Assembly (NCBI GenBank): GCA_001643675.2
Contig: LSRY02000031.1
Location: forward strand, 1,135,393-1,199,392
Origin: Monocercomonoides exilis PA203
Lineage: Eukaryota; Protista; Preaxostyla
Direction of reading: 5' to 3'
DNA length: 64,000 nt
Below are positions 26,401-39,300 of the stretch, piece by piece (position 1 is the first letter of the stretch; each line of letters starts with the position of its first letter). Made by a program: the position numbers and the translations under genes. The notes under the pieces are model-generated. The model worked only from the letters and a program-made list of their open reading frames with translations. It had not been told where the DNA came from and made no database searches.

Positions 26401-27278
26401 TCTTTCTCGGTCCTCCCATCGATTCGTATCGTGGGCAACTCCTTCATCGCATTGCACTCATTGTAAATAAGCGAGCGGCTGACTGGATCATGTATCTCTA
26501 TGTGCGGTATTTCAGCACCGGAAGATGATATTTCTCTAACAGTGCGCTGTTGGATAGAAGAAGGAGAAGGAGGAGAGGGAGAAGAAGAAGAAGAAGAGGA
26601 AGGAAATAGTAAGTGAGGCTGTGCCTGGCTTGATGGCTCCTTTGAACTATTCATATGCTTTTGATCCAAACTGCTTGCTTTTGCAGAAGATCTTTGAGGT
26701 GAACAGCTGCTCGTTGGGGATAAACTTTCACCAAAATGACGTGTACGTTCTGAACCAATCAAACCAATCCAATCCAAGCTCACACGATCGAGCGATCTGT
26801 AAAGAAGTGCTTCTGAATCTGGCTGAGAATATCCACCAAATATGCTTGGATGCGGCTCTATTTTAGTGTATGCTGATGAAGATATTTTTTCATCCAACAT
26901 TATATTATCATTCATATCTTCGTTTGCATCAGAAGCATCATGCTCAATTTGTTTTGACGAATTATCTTTCTTTGCAGTTGTTTCAAGAGAAGATCTATTC
27001 ACTTTTTTGTTGGAGTATTTACTATCTTGCTTCATTTCATCCATCTTTTCTTGATCCCCATTTTTAAATCCAAGATGAATAATAACGCCATCTGATACTT
27101 TATTAGATGCAAGAGTGCCATTTGAAAGCACCTTTCCGTTGAAGATCAATGTTTGCTTGTTTTCTGGAACAGAAATCTTAAAAGCAATCTTTTCTTTAAG
27201 TTGTTCAACTGTTTCCTTCTCTTCACATTCAATTGCACAAATATTTGAACCATATGAATAACGAACTGAGATCTTCAT
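23415..27278 (-). CDS. N-terminal ubiquitin-like domain protein with a very long Ser/Pro/acidic low-complexity body
   Basis: 1287 aa ORF. First about 72 aa (ETVEQLKEKIAFKISVPENKQTLIFNGKVLSNGTLASNKVSDGVIIHL) is a type II UBL without the GG motif. The rest is mostly TCT/TCA repeats. Confidence 0.75.
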   Translation of the reverse strand: MKISVRYSYGSNICAIECEEKETVEQLKEKIAFKISVPENKQTLIFNGKVLSNGTLASNKVSDGVIIHLGFKNGDQEKMDEMKQDSKYSNKKVNRSSLETTAKKDNSSKQIEHDASDANEDMNDNIMLDEKISSSAYTKIEPHPSIFGGYSQPDSEALLYRSLDRVSLDWIGLIGSERTRHFGESLSPTSSCSPQRSSAKASSLDQKHMNSSKEPSSQAQPHLLFPSSSSSSSPSPPSPSSIQQRTVREISSSGAEIPHIEIHDPVSRSLIYNECNAMKELPTIRIDGRTEKELSAKKNREKKENKENKENEENEEKKEYFEGKEKKEEKRDPTQPESTIENEAKAKSMANNGANSEREQKLLSDCSSSSPPSSSSSSSSSDNYKQTNQSISTSSSSSSSISEKPENSVKKGKRSKKNKKSKNKSEQGKNTQTQQQNKGNSSSSSSSSSSNISASQAFRMALERLAAVTARSSLNQSSSNSNSSSTNSSHPSSNSSSISSPLSALFSAAISTKTSSSDNSSPVDNDDASNSSKSFISSSSSSSFPSSSAQPNNIHQPYSTRLLSSSSPLPSSSSSSSSSSSISSISSSSSELSNQSSKQPSYSYSECNSNNSTKESINSINTMNQTNLGNPTNPIKSSNSSCSSCSSNSSNSSNSSQTTETQPKPIKFTFPPPFSNQQIGHLRMPGLSKNFKFSIKGITYYPPNSNPPCPRVAYPNVPPPPSSDSSSNSSSSSTTTTDSNSNSSSSSSSSPSPSSSLPSSKPSSSSSSNPSSSSSSSSPSSSSHPSSSFPSFFPCYVPSFSSPIFDPSKIPFVPSSISFSHNSIPLPDTPPPPSPSSTPPPLSSPSPSSPSPSSLNSSFSSSLASIIADEEEEEEEEGEGEGEGEEEGEEDFEEEINEYYYNYVCKDDDDDIKVEDIFRTNFGMNSNNSHIPSFSSLSPSFSPPHQNYSFIFPSSHIPPPPPPPPPSSSSNPSSSISSSSTTATASSRSSNSFSSNSSNSSSTSSSSSSSSSSSSSSSSSSSSLSSSSNSSSSSSSQTQNSDEYAGFPQEYREAMETLKKLMIPKDSSSSSSSSHSSSHSSSSSSSSSSSSSSSSSDNDDDSESNDSNINIYGDIDTSNGYYQSDFPDFLRFPMYSSRSYDHDNYNNINNNNYRLSGVSSGKCRNVMNKCDGSTNSAISSSNDSSNSSSDNITDNSSSSINSSSLPPPPPPSSSSSDKSNSSSNSSDKNLNQQNRSIEYKRNLLLLQHFLLSATKAAREEQRRNEDNSDKDKLEEEEGKEEKEEKKE

Positions 27279-27459
27279 TTGGAAAGAAAAATATCACTTT
27301 GAACACAAATTTGCAAATTGATCAAAAAATACAAACAAAGGTTATTGACTTTTATTCATTGAAAATTCACAAGAACCTTGCAAATTATATTGTCGCATGT
27401 TGAACAATGGTGGAATGATGATTGGAAAAACTTTTATACATTATTCGAAAATTTCCAAA

Positions 27460-30400
27460 ATGGAAAATGAACAAAAAACGCCTCAATCGCTGTGTAAGCT
27501 GTCTAAAGCAGCGATATCTGAAGCACATCTTCATTCATTTAACAACAAGATGACGCTCAGCGATTTTGAGGAAGGCTTAGAAATTGGAAGTGGTTCATAT
27601 GCAAATGTTTGAAAATAATTGATTTGTGATTTTCATGAAATTCATAACTTTATGATTTCATAATTTTTGTATTTAATTTTATTCAAGGTGAAAGTTGTGT
27701 CAAATAAGGCTGATGGAAATACATATGCTCTTAAAGTATTCAACAAATACAAAATAAAAAAATTGAACAAACTTCCAACAATTGAAACTGAATTTAACAT
27801 AATGAATCGACTTTATCATCCAAACATAATAAAACTTTATGCTACATTTGAAGATAAGAGAACTATTTGTTTGTTATCCTTTAAAGCTAAAAATATATCA
27901 CAATTCTTTTTTAAGCGCTTTTACTTGAACTAGGACTTGATAACTTGCTATCACTTTATTCTGAAGAATTTTTCGTATGAATGTTATGATTTGATAATTA
28001 TTTTATTGATTGCTGTTTTACATCACAGGATCACATAACTTATGATATTATTCAATTTTGTGCTGCAGAAATTCTTCTTGCAATCGAACACTTGCACAAC
28101 GAAGGGTTATTTTTCTTTTATTTAAATTGGAAATCGATGATTGTAATTCTTTTCTTATTTGTAGAATACTGCACCGAGATTTGAAGCCAGAAAATGTAAT
28201 TATTGGAATGAACGGCCATTTGAAACTCACTGATTTCGGTACAGCCAAGGACATCCGAGCAGAGCGGCAGCGAGTGTTGGCAGAAGCAGAAGCAGAAGCA
28301 AAGCAACAAAACAAAGATAGCCAAGGGAACAACTCTGATCCACACAAGAATTCATCATCATCGTCCACCACTCTTCAATCCCCACTTTCTTCTTCCTCCT
28401 CCTCCCGCCGTTCAGTCCGCATCGCCGCCACATACGTCGGCTCTCCACATTATATATCACCAGAGGTGCTTCTGTCAAAGGGGGCAACAGAAGCGTCAGA
28501 CATGTGGGGGTTTGGCTGTGTGCTGTTTTTTCTGTGTGCAGGAGAGCCTCCGTTTGAAGGGGAAAGCGATTGGGATGTACAGAAGGCGATTGTGGAAGGG
28601 ACGGTGATATTCCCAGAGGAGGTGGAGAGGTGGAGAGAGAGGTGGAAGGAGTGGGCAAGAGAAGAGAGGGAGAGGGAGAGGGAGAAAGAGAAGGAGAAGG
28701 AGGAGAAGAAAAAGGAGGAGGAAAAAGAAGAAAAAGAGAAAGAAAAAGAGAAGAATGGATCTTTGACTGAAGAAGAAAAAGAAGATTGCAATTCACAAAC
28801 TGAAATCAACAGTAACAACTCTATAACAGAAGATTCTGAAGAGCCTATAAATAAATCTGTAAATGCTCCTTCAACTTCTTCTTCCTCTTCCTCTCATCCA
28901 ACTCTTATCCCTCCCTTCCCCCCATCCCCTCCTTCTCCTTCTCCTTCCACTTTATTCTTCACTCCAGCTGCAGCTCACCTCATTTCTTGCCTTCTTTCTG
29001 TTGACCAAACAAAGCGATATTCAGTCAAAGAAGCGAAAAAACATCCGTTTTTCAATGGAATTGACTGGGAAACGCTGTCTTTTTCGCCTTCTCCTCTGCA
29101 GAATTTAGTGGAGAAGATAAGAAACGAAGGATTTTGGGGAGAAAGAGAAGAGGAGGAAGGGGAAGGGGAAGCGGGAGGAGGAGGAGGAGGAGGAGGAGGA
29201 GGTGTGATTAAAGAATGGATTGTGGGGAAGAATGAAATAAATGATAATAATCCATTGAACGAAGAGGGGTTGGTGAATGAAAGAAAAGGAGATATTAATA
29301 CAGCAATGAAAGAGAACGAGATGAAAGACGGATTGAATGGGATGCATGACAAAGAAAAAGGACGTTCATCATCATCTTCTTCTTCTTCTTCATCACCTGC
29401 TTCTTCCTCTTCCTCTGCTTCTTCTTTCTCAAATTTGAACGCAGCAAATAATTCCATCACCTCCAAAGATAATGTTGACACTCAAAATTCTTCAATTTCA
29501 TCATCATCATCATCATCATCATCTTCATCATCTTCTTCTTTCACACCCTCAAACACCTCTCAAACACCTCATTCTTCATTCATACCTTCAATTTTGCTTA
29601 CACCCACTGCACATCCTAATGATATAACACCATCAACCACATCCACATCCACATCAATTTCTTCTTCTTCTTGTCATCCTCTTCCTCCTTCCTCTTCCTC
29701 TTCTTCTTTCTCCTCTCTCTCTTCTCTTTCTTCTTCTTCTTCTTCTTCTTCTTCTTCTTCTTCTTCTTCTTCTTTCTCTTCCACTTCTTCATCTGCTCAA
29801 TCGCAACCACCAAAACTCCGCACATTTCACTTCTATCCCCATCGTCGCCAACAACCACACGCAACTTCATTCTCTTCTTCTTCAAATTCTTCTTCTTCTT
29901 CTTCCTCTTCTTCTTCGTCTTCTTCCTCTTCTTCCTCTGCTTTGTCTTCTCTCTCCTCCATCAACAGCTCTTCTCAGCCTCATCCAACAATGCCTAAAAC
30001 TTCAGGTTTTGTGAATCCATCTTCTTCAACTTCTTCTTCTTCTTCTTCTCATTCACTTCAATCTCCTCTTCCTCCTTCCTCTTCCTCTTCTTTTGCTTCA
30101 TGTCACAGCAATCTTTCGTCCATCCCTTCTTCCATTCCTCTCCCAACAATTCACTTCTTCTCACCTTCCACATCACCCACTTCCCCTTCTCATAATTCTT
30201 CTTCTTCTTCTTCTTCTTCTTCTTCTTCTTCCTCCTCCTCCTCCTCCTCCTCCTCCTCCTCTTTCTCCTTCCCTTTCTCTCCCACCTCTTCTCCCAACAC
30301 ATCTCCTTCTATTTCTCCCTCCACCACTCCTCCAACAGTCCCTCTTTCTCATTCAATTCCTCATTCATTCCCTTTCACCCAGCCTTCTTCGCCAACCGCC

Positions 30401-31693
30401 TCTTCTCCTTCTCCCTCTCCTTCTCTCGCCTTCTCCAACCTCAGACGCTCAGCTTCTTACAGCAATTCATCATCATCATCATCTTCTTCTTCAACATCTT
30501 CTTCTTCTCCTTCTTCTTCCTCTTCCTTTTCTTCGTCATCTCCTTCTTCATCCTTCTCTTCCCCTTCCCCTTCCTCTTCCTTTTCTAACCCTCGCCATTC
30601 TGCCCCTTCCAGAAACAGTCCTTTTCCTCAGCCTCAATTCGTCGCCCTTTCAAAGCCCAAAGCATCAAAATCACTTCAACAAATACACTTTGCTTCATCT
30701 GGCTCTTCTTCATACACATCTTCTTCATCATCCTCATCTTCTTTTCCTTCTTCTTCCAATTCATCTTCGTCATCATCATCATCTTCTTCATCTTCCTCCT
30801 CTTCCTCTTTTTCTCCTTCACTAGTGCCAATTTCTTCCTCTTCCTCTTCCTGTTCCTCTTACACATCTTCTTCTTCTTCTTCTTCTTCTTCTTCTTCTTC
30901 TTCTTCTTCTGGCCTTCTCACTTCTCCATTCAAACACCGTTCAATTTCTCCTTCATCTCCCACCCCTTCCAAACCAGGTGGTAATATTTCTTCATCTTTT
31001 TCTTCCTCTTCCTCTTCTTCCTCCTTTTCATCATCATCATCTTCTTCTTCTTCTTCATCTTCTTCTCCTTCGCCGACAACTTCTCCTTCTCTGAGCACAC
31101 AGGCTAATTCATTTGTTGCACTTTCTTCTCCTTCGCTGGTGCCAAATTCTTCTGCTTCAGTAATTTCTTCTTCTTCTTCTCCTCCTTCGACTTCTCCTTC
31201 ATTAGTCCCAAATTTCACTTCCTCTTCTTCCTCTTCTTCCTCTTCTTCCTCTTCTTCCTCCTCCTCTTCTTCTTTAAATCCAATCCCTCCTTCCCTCTCA
31301 TCCCTCAACCAGCATTCCTCTCTCTTGGCCTCTCCCTTCCAAGCACAGCCAGTCAGAAAGCGCACTTCTTCTGTCTCTGTCATTTCTTGCTATTCTTCTC
31401 AAACGGGACACCACAATTCAGCGATTGCGCATCAAGGAGAGATTGAAATAGGACAGAAGGAGGAGAAAGAGAAAGAGAAAGAGAAAGAGAAGGAACAGAG
31501 AAGAATGACGAATGAAGCAGAAACGGAGGAAGGAAGTGAAAGAGACAAAGGGTTTGAGTTGCCTAGCGGAGGAAGTGGAAGTGGAAGTGGAAGTGAAGGA
31601 GGGAAGAAGGATGAGCAGAAGGAGAAAGGAGACGAAGAAAGCTTCGATAAGATGAAAGCTGCTCTTTCGAGAAGAAGAAACACGAATTGCTGA
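27460..31693 (+). CDS. AGC-group kinase, PDK1/Pkh-like, with long poly-Ser tail; 5 exons
   Basis: Spliced: DFEEGLEIGSGSYAN|VKVV...YALKVFNK...HPNIIKLYATFED...S|LLLELG...|QFCAAEILLAIEHLHNEG|ILHRDLKPEN...LKLTDFGTAK...TYVGSPHYISPEVL...SDMWGFGC...KHPFFNGIDW. Alternative upstream ATG at 27397. Confidence 0.85.
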
Positions 31694-33351
31694 AGAAAAA
31701 TGAGATTTTGAATTTTGAATTTTTTCATTTATTTTTATTTCTTGTGTGTTGTTTGAAGTGGAAGGAAGATATCAGTTTTTGAGAACTTTTTTTCCGTTTG
31801 AAAGATTTTATCCTCTTCAGATTTTTCTTTCATATGCATCAGCAAATAATCTGACCCATTTCAACCACTCCGTTTTTATATTTCTCCGTTTCATTCATAT
31901 TTCCTGACAACTGTGTTATTTTCCCTATAAACAATGCTTATTTTCCTGTTATTCAGCCAACCCTTCTTTGATGCCATTTCCTTTATCAGAGCTGTTGCCG
32001 TTCCTCATCTTCTTAATGTTCATGCAATTGGGCTGATGACAATTGCTTCATCATTGCCATCGAACACGTTAAGAGCACATTTTTTGTCTTTCCATCTTCA
32101 TCCTCCTCATCCACTTCTATTCCACTGCGCTGTATTTCTCTTGCTGCTCCGGCTGTTTGTGTGTAGTCCTGAGAAGGAGTCGAATGGATTCTTATCAGTC
32201 CTGCCACTGAAGGAACTCCAGCACACGCCCTTCAAACTGAAGAAGACATCATCAACAGATCGAGCAGATGAAAGATCAATCGAAGCACGCTCACCACATC
32301 TGCTGCTCCAACTGCAAAAGAATATGCTCCCCCACAAACTCGATGCCCATTTTTCTTTGTTCATTTTGTTCATTCAGAAAGCAGCAGAAGAGAAAAATTC
32401 GGAGGAGAGGAATCGTCTCTCAACGATGTAACATTTCAAATCCAACTCATCATGGCACGATGTGATATAATTCTCCAAATGATTCAATCTCTTTCAATGA
32501 TGAAGAATGAAGATCGAATGATGAGCAGTTGCCTTGGCCAAAACATTCTGCAAATGGAATTGATGTCCAATGGTACACTCGCATTGCGATGTTCCAGAAA
32601 GGTTGATAACAGAAAGAAATGGAAAAATAAATACTCATTTTCTGAAGACTGATCCAGACTTTTCTGTTCTTTTCAGCTGAAAACAAAATGACAAAGGAGG
32701 AGAGAGAGAGGAGTTTGGCTCTGAGAGAAGCGAGCGAAACAGAAGAAGGGAAGATAAGGAGGAGGGGGGTGGGGGAATGTGTTCATCGATCCAACAGCGC
32801 AATAAAACAAACAGAGAGACAGAAAATGTCACTTCCTCCAAACATATGGAATATGGGTTCTTCCACATTTCCCTTCTGCTCTCATTTTCAATCAACATTT
32901 GATGTCTAATCCATTCATTCTAATCTGAGAGACAATTCTTTTTGATTCCTTTTGCTTGTGAAAGGTGTCTCAAAGAGCTCTGCTCAAAGCATGTGCCTAT
33001 TCCACATGGGATGTTTGTGATGTTAGTTTGATTTTTTTTAGGGAAGCCTTCTTTGGCTGTCTCATGGACTTCATTTGGTGGAAAGCACAAGTCATTCATC
33101 AAACAAAACCATCACATTGACATTCATTTCGTTTTGTAATTTCTCATTTTGAGTTCTCTCTTTGAAGATTTCTTGTCTTTCACATCTTCAGAATTGAATT
33201 GTTATCTTTTGGTTTCAAAACAATCTCTTTCGTCTTCATGTCGAAATTGAAGGACACTTTTTTTATAGTGCTTTCGTTCTCATGAAAACGTTTGTGAAAT
33301 AAGTGAAATGTTTGTTTTGATGAATAATTTTGCATTTATTGTTGTTTTCAT

Positions 33352-33390
<39 letters not shown>

Positions 33391-33655
33391 AATATTTGAA
33401 TTTGTCAATAAGATTTATTTTTTGACAACACATTTCACATTCTTTTTTTATTGTTATCATTTTTTGTGTCAGATCAAGAATTCCAAAATAAGAGAGTTCG
33501 TTTTGAAGAAAAGAAACATACCTTGTGCATATCTGCATTTCATAATTGGAGACTTTTGTTTACAATTTCGTTTGAGGAAGAAGCAGTTATTCTGAGATTC
33601 AGCACCAAATAAAGAGTTCACATTTGCGATTAAAGCAGAACAAATAACGAACGAA

Positions 33656-35122
33656 ATGAATATCTCTGTGATTGGCAATGAAGTTGATGAATTGCAAGAG
33701 CCAACCCCAACCGAAAAGTTTTTGAGTCTGTGCATTGTTTTTTTATCGTAATATTACTCAACTGCATGCTTTTTTTTTTTCAAATGATTCTTGAAGAAAT
33801 GTTTTGTGAGCTGGAGCATTGCACAGAAATTGAACAGAAACGGATAATCGAAGAGATGAATAAAATTGTTTATGAAATGAATGAAGAGGAATTCAAGTCT
33901 GTTTTCACGAAAGAACTGTTTTACAAAATGAACAAAATGATTGAAGATAAGAAACTGTCAATGGGAAATGTGCTTTTATTATTGAAGCATGTTGGATATT
34001 ACAAAGTTCTAAAAAATACATGGAAACGCAGCTTTGAAAAATCTTCGTTGTGCCAAAGATTCGAACAGATGATAATTGCGGAGAGCAAAAAAATGGATGA
34101 AAAGGATGAAAAACTTCTTGTCGATCTTTGTGAATGCTATCTTTTGTTATACAACGGAGTTCCATCTTTGGATTTGATTTTACTGTGTATTCCTAACCTT
34201 CTTAAAGTTGCATTGAAGAAGGCAGAAGACGAGGATACCCAAAAGGAAGTGGAAATGGCTTTACTATGTTTGAGTCGCATTGATGATGGAATTGTATGAG
34301 AATTTCTATTTCCTTTTTGATATTGTTGAATTGCATTTTCCTCCTTTTTAAAAAAAGGTTATAAGACCAAAATTGTATTTGAATGAAATCAAAGCTATCA
34401 TCAAATATCACCAAGAACACAGAAATCTGACACGACTCGCCTATCAGTCTGCTTGGCGTTTTTTGTTTTATCGATTTTTCAACGACAAAAGCTTGGAAAA
34501 AGTGATTACAAATGAACTACGTTTTGCAAGAGAAGCAACAAGAGAATTGGAAGAACTGACAGCACGTATGAATTGGAAGAGAAAAGAAGAGGAAGGAAAA
34601 AAAGAAAAGGAAAAAGTGTTTATAATAATGAGGTGTCTCAAAACAATAACGTCTTATTTTCACTCATTCAAATTGTGGAATGAAGAATCTATAGGGCTAA
34701 TTAGCATCATTGCAGATATATTTCGGGCAGCAAAAGACAATTACGGAGAAATATGCTCCTTGTGTATTGAATCCTTTCAATATGCTACAACAAACAAAAC
34801 TGTCAAAGTTGATGACTTGCTGAAAGGCAGAGCAGTTAAAGCGGTTTTGGAGGAGATGCAGAGGCCAACATTGAATGACGAAATGGTATTTCAATGCTTT
34901 ATATTTTTTTTCGTATTATCAAGACGACTGAATGAAGAAGAGAATGAAGCAAATGGAAAAGAGGCAAAAAGAAAAGAGGCAAAAAAGGAGATATATGAAA
35001 AGATGGAAGAGGATGGATACGAAGATGTGGTAACAAGCTTTCACGAAAGACTGGATTATCTGAACAGAGAATTTTTTGAAGAGTTATCGTTGATTATTTC
35101 CGATTATTTTGTGAATGTTTGA
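33656..35122 (+). CDS. Lineage-specific all-helical (ARM-like) hypothetical protein of a multicopy family; introns about 33726-33796 and 34294-34358
   Basis: Joined exons TEKFLKMFCELEHCTEIEQKRIIEEMN...EDTQKEVEMALLCLSRI...LYLNEIKAIIKYHQEHRNLTRLAYQSAW...ISDYFVNV. Resembles a large hypothetical family I recall from Monocercomonoides; not verified. Confidence 0.7.
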
Positions 35123-36308
35123 AGAAATGAAATGTTTCAAATTTTGTTTTTTCACAATATCAATTTTTCTTTTGGGAGTTGTTTCCTTCACCAGCAAACG
35201 GTTGTTTGCAGCCTTATTCAATTGTAATTTTTATTGGATTGACTGATAAATTGTCAGCCAACGATGTAAATGTTTGAGGAAATGAGAGATTTTATTTATT
35301 CCAAACTCAAAAATATTTGTTTTTCTTTTCTTTTCGTTATCTCACAAAAGAGAAAACAAACAGTCATTCGAAGCCTTTTTTTTTAAATCTTTTTTGAAGA
35401 TTTTTTGAAGATTTTTTTTGAAGATTTTTGCACCTTTTCAAAATGAAATGAAGCTAAAAGAAGAATAACATATAACTGTTCGATTATCGTTTCTCTTCAC
35501 AAATCTCTTCCCCACATCAAATGCACTATTTATCACAAGCATAGCGATTTCTTCATTATCCTGCACTCTGCTTCTCGTTCAACATCTTTAAATAGCTTCT
35601 TTCATTCGTTCATTCAATTCATTTTGTAATATTTTGCATTGTCTTCTTTTGATGTTCGACATGTTGCATTGGTTTATTCATAAAGAACGGGCCAAAAATT
35701 TGATAAAAGAAGGAAAAAAAGAGTCGTCTCGGGTTCAAACAGATGACATGCAATTCAAAAAATTATTGTGAAGATATTTGTTCCAATCAGCTCGAACTTC
35801 TGATTAATCTTTCACGTAGATTTTTTTGCATTTTGCGTGCATCGCATTATTAACAAAACGAACGATAAAGATAGCAATTTTTAATGAGCATAATTTATAA
35901 AGATATTTAAAAAACCTCTAAAGAAGCCATATTCAATTCTTTTTTTGATTCAAAAATTTATCATCAAATGTTTTATGAAAATTTCGGAAGAGATTTCGTG
36001 AACATTTGATAAAAATGAAGCTTGATGCAGACCCGTTCAGTTGTTTCAAATTTTTGAATTGACAGAGATGGATAAAAAAATAAGACTAATTTTTTTCTCA
36101 TGCTAACATGTGAAAAGTTCAAAAACAAATTTCGAAAAACAATGATTAGCATTTTTTGAATTAATTCCATATGTCAATTTTTTATAATTATAATTGTTTA
36201 TTAATTGTCTTTTTTTTTTTTTTTTTTTTTTCAATATTAATTTCTTTTATTTTGTAATGACATAATTGATCGATTCTTTTTAAAAAACTCACAAAAACCC
36301 ATCTTATT

Positions 36309-39300
36309 ATGCTTGTGCGAACTTCAATACTCACGATCAAGTTGTTGTTTGTGATTTCTTTGTGTTGTTCCGAAAAGGGCACAAGCAGCAACAAATTCCA
36401 AGGGGTTAGAGAATATTCTTCAAAATTCAAGTTTCGATTTGAAGATGATGCAGAGAAGCACAGCATCACCAAACGCAGCTTGGAAAATAGTTTTTCTCAG
36501 GTGTGGGTTCCATGTAGAAACTCAACAAGCGTCCTCAGTTCGAAGTGTGAAAAATGGATGAAAATGCGATCAACGGTTTTATCCTGCATGAAAATGAAAA
36601 ACACAAGCGCGAATTTAAAAGAATTGGAATTCCGCCAATATGTTGATTTGAGTGTGATAGAAATGGATGGATGCGAAAAAGTGATTTTGTTTTCATGTGT
36701 TTTGAAACAGAACGGGAAAAGTGGAGCGAGTGAATTTATTGTGAACAATGGCGAGTTTTATCTTCAAAATGTGAAGATGGAACTGGATGAGCAGAATATG
36801 ATTCAACACTCGATTGTTTCAGGAGGCGGTGAAAAGGCAGGATTTCTTCTGAGAAGAGGTGCATATTTTGATGGTTGCTGTGCTTCATCGATATGTGTTT
36901 GCTCTCCATCTCCATTTTTGTGCAGCGAGAAGCTGGAGATGGCAGAGGTGACGGATTGCCTTTTCTGCAACATCACAACGCACCACAACGGGAAAGGGTG
37001 TTGCGACAGGACGTTACAGAGAAGCGTTGTGGAGAACTGTGAAATAGAGGGATGCGAGGATGTGTTTGGGGGGAGGATAGTGAGTGGCGCGAGAGGAAAT
37101 GAGTTTTCTGCACGAAATACAACATTCTGCAGAATGACAAGTGCCCACCATGATTCGCATTACACCACGCCCTTTGACGAGTTCACAACAGGAGAAGTCT
37201 CGTTTGTGAACTGCGATTTCGAAAACTGCAGAAGCACAAGCCACGGAGGAGGGGCGATCTGTGTCGGAGGAACAGCCTCACTGTCTGTTCAGAGGTGCAC
37301 ATTCACCAATGTTTCAACAACAGTTGGCAGAGGAGGAGCAATCAACAGCTATTCGACAAGTTCTGTTGAAATAAATGGAGCAAGTTTCACAAGATGCTCG
37401 AGTGATGGTTTCTTTGGTGGTGCTTTAGCAGCTATTAATTCATCTTTGTCCATGGGTTTATGTATTTTTGAGCAGTGTTCATCTTCATATGGAGGTGCCA
37501 TTAATGTGGAATATCAAAGTTATCTCAGAATTATTGGCACAAATTTTTATAACTGCAAAGCAACAAATCAATGTGGAGGAGCTGCTCATTTGTTCTGTCC
37601 ATTTGAAACAGTAAACTTTCTGGAAAACGAGCTTATCTTTTGCTCATCTGTAACACCGGGAGGAGGAATTGACATATATGATAACACAAGAAAGAAAAAT
37701 GTTTCATTTAAGCATTGCTTATTTATATGTAATGAAGTTTTCGGTAATAACAAATATGGCTTTGATGTTTATTTTGGAGATGGATTTTCTTCAATGGTAA
37801 CTTCAGAATGGATAACTGATTCATATTCAATATCCAATAAAACAAAAAGAATATGTTTGTGCAATTTTTATTCATTCGCTTGCGAAAATCCAACATTCCA
37901 TGATGAATGGTTGCCAGTGAGTTCTTCCGAAATGAACAGGATTATTCTTGTGGATGTGAAGCAAAGCACAACAGAATCCACAGGCGATTATTACCTGTGT
38001 GGGGCTGTGTCGCATGAATGCAAGACACTGAAATACGGTGTATCAAGATGGGTGGATTGGCATCATGAGCTGATCAGGGTGCGAGGGGGAACATACGAGG
38101 AGAGCGAGATGGTGATTGCGCAGATGAATGTTATGATAGAGCCGAACAAAGACGAAAATGAGGAGGAGGAGACAGTGACAGTTGTGACGAATGCAGTTGG
38201 GCATGCGATGTTTGAAGTGGAGAGTGGATCGATGCAGATGGCTGGGATGATCCTGAAGCACACCATTTCGAATGAATGCCAGCAGGCGTTGCTGGAGATG
38301 AGCGGCAAAGGATCAGAAGTGAGCTTTCTGAGGTGCGAGATCATGTCTGCAGCGACAAGTGCGGTTGGGCAGCATTCGTATTTTGGAGTGAAAGCTGGAA
38401 AGATGAAGATGGCGCAATGCACAGTGAAGAACATCGAGCTGGAGAATTGTGGGGTGATTGAGTGGGGGAATGGGGGGATGGTGGAGATGGATGGAAGCAA
38501 CTTCTCTAATATCACGCGCAGAGAAGGAAACGGGGCAGTTGTTGGGAAGAATGGGGGAGCAACAGAGAAAGTGTGGATTCAGAACATCAGCGTGAAAGAC
38601 TGTGTGTGTCAGAAAGGGAACGGTGGGGGAATTGAGGTGGTGGTGGAGAATGGGTGTGATTGTGGAATTGGGGGAGCAGGGATGGAGGCAGGATTTGAGA
38701 GATGCAGAGCAGAAGAAGGAAGTGGAAGTGGAAGCAGAAGTGAGACAACAAATGAAAAAACGAGCGGAGGTGGAAACAGGAATGAGGCAGAGGAGGGGAG
38801 GAGAGGATGTGGAGGAGGGATATGTGTGAGAGTGTTGGGAGAGGAAGCAGGGTTCAAGATTGGGGCTATTCAATTTTCCGGAAACAGTGCAGCACACGGG
38901 GAGGATGTGTGTGTGTTTGCTCCGCATCTGGAGAAGGTTGTGACAAGGACAAGCTTTGGATATTACTCTGAGAGAGGGGAGTTCAGTATTGAGAGTGCAG
39001 AGGGGATGAATGACGGATTGCGTGGAGTGTGGGTGCCGCTGGTGTTCTATCTGAGAAGCAGAGAAGGGAATGTGTCAGTGGGAGAAGATGGGACAGATGT
39101 GAGGCCCTGCGGGTTTTCGGAGTATCGGTGTCTGAGCGTGGGATATGCACTTGGACAGCAGTCAGATTGCCACCAGGTGCTGGTGTGGGGAAGCTATCAG
39201 CTGAACGAGAGCCTTGTGCTGGATGATGAGAAGGGATATGTGTGGAGCGGGACAGAAGACATGAGCAAGATGAGGATGGTGGGGAGCAGCATGGGAGTGA

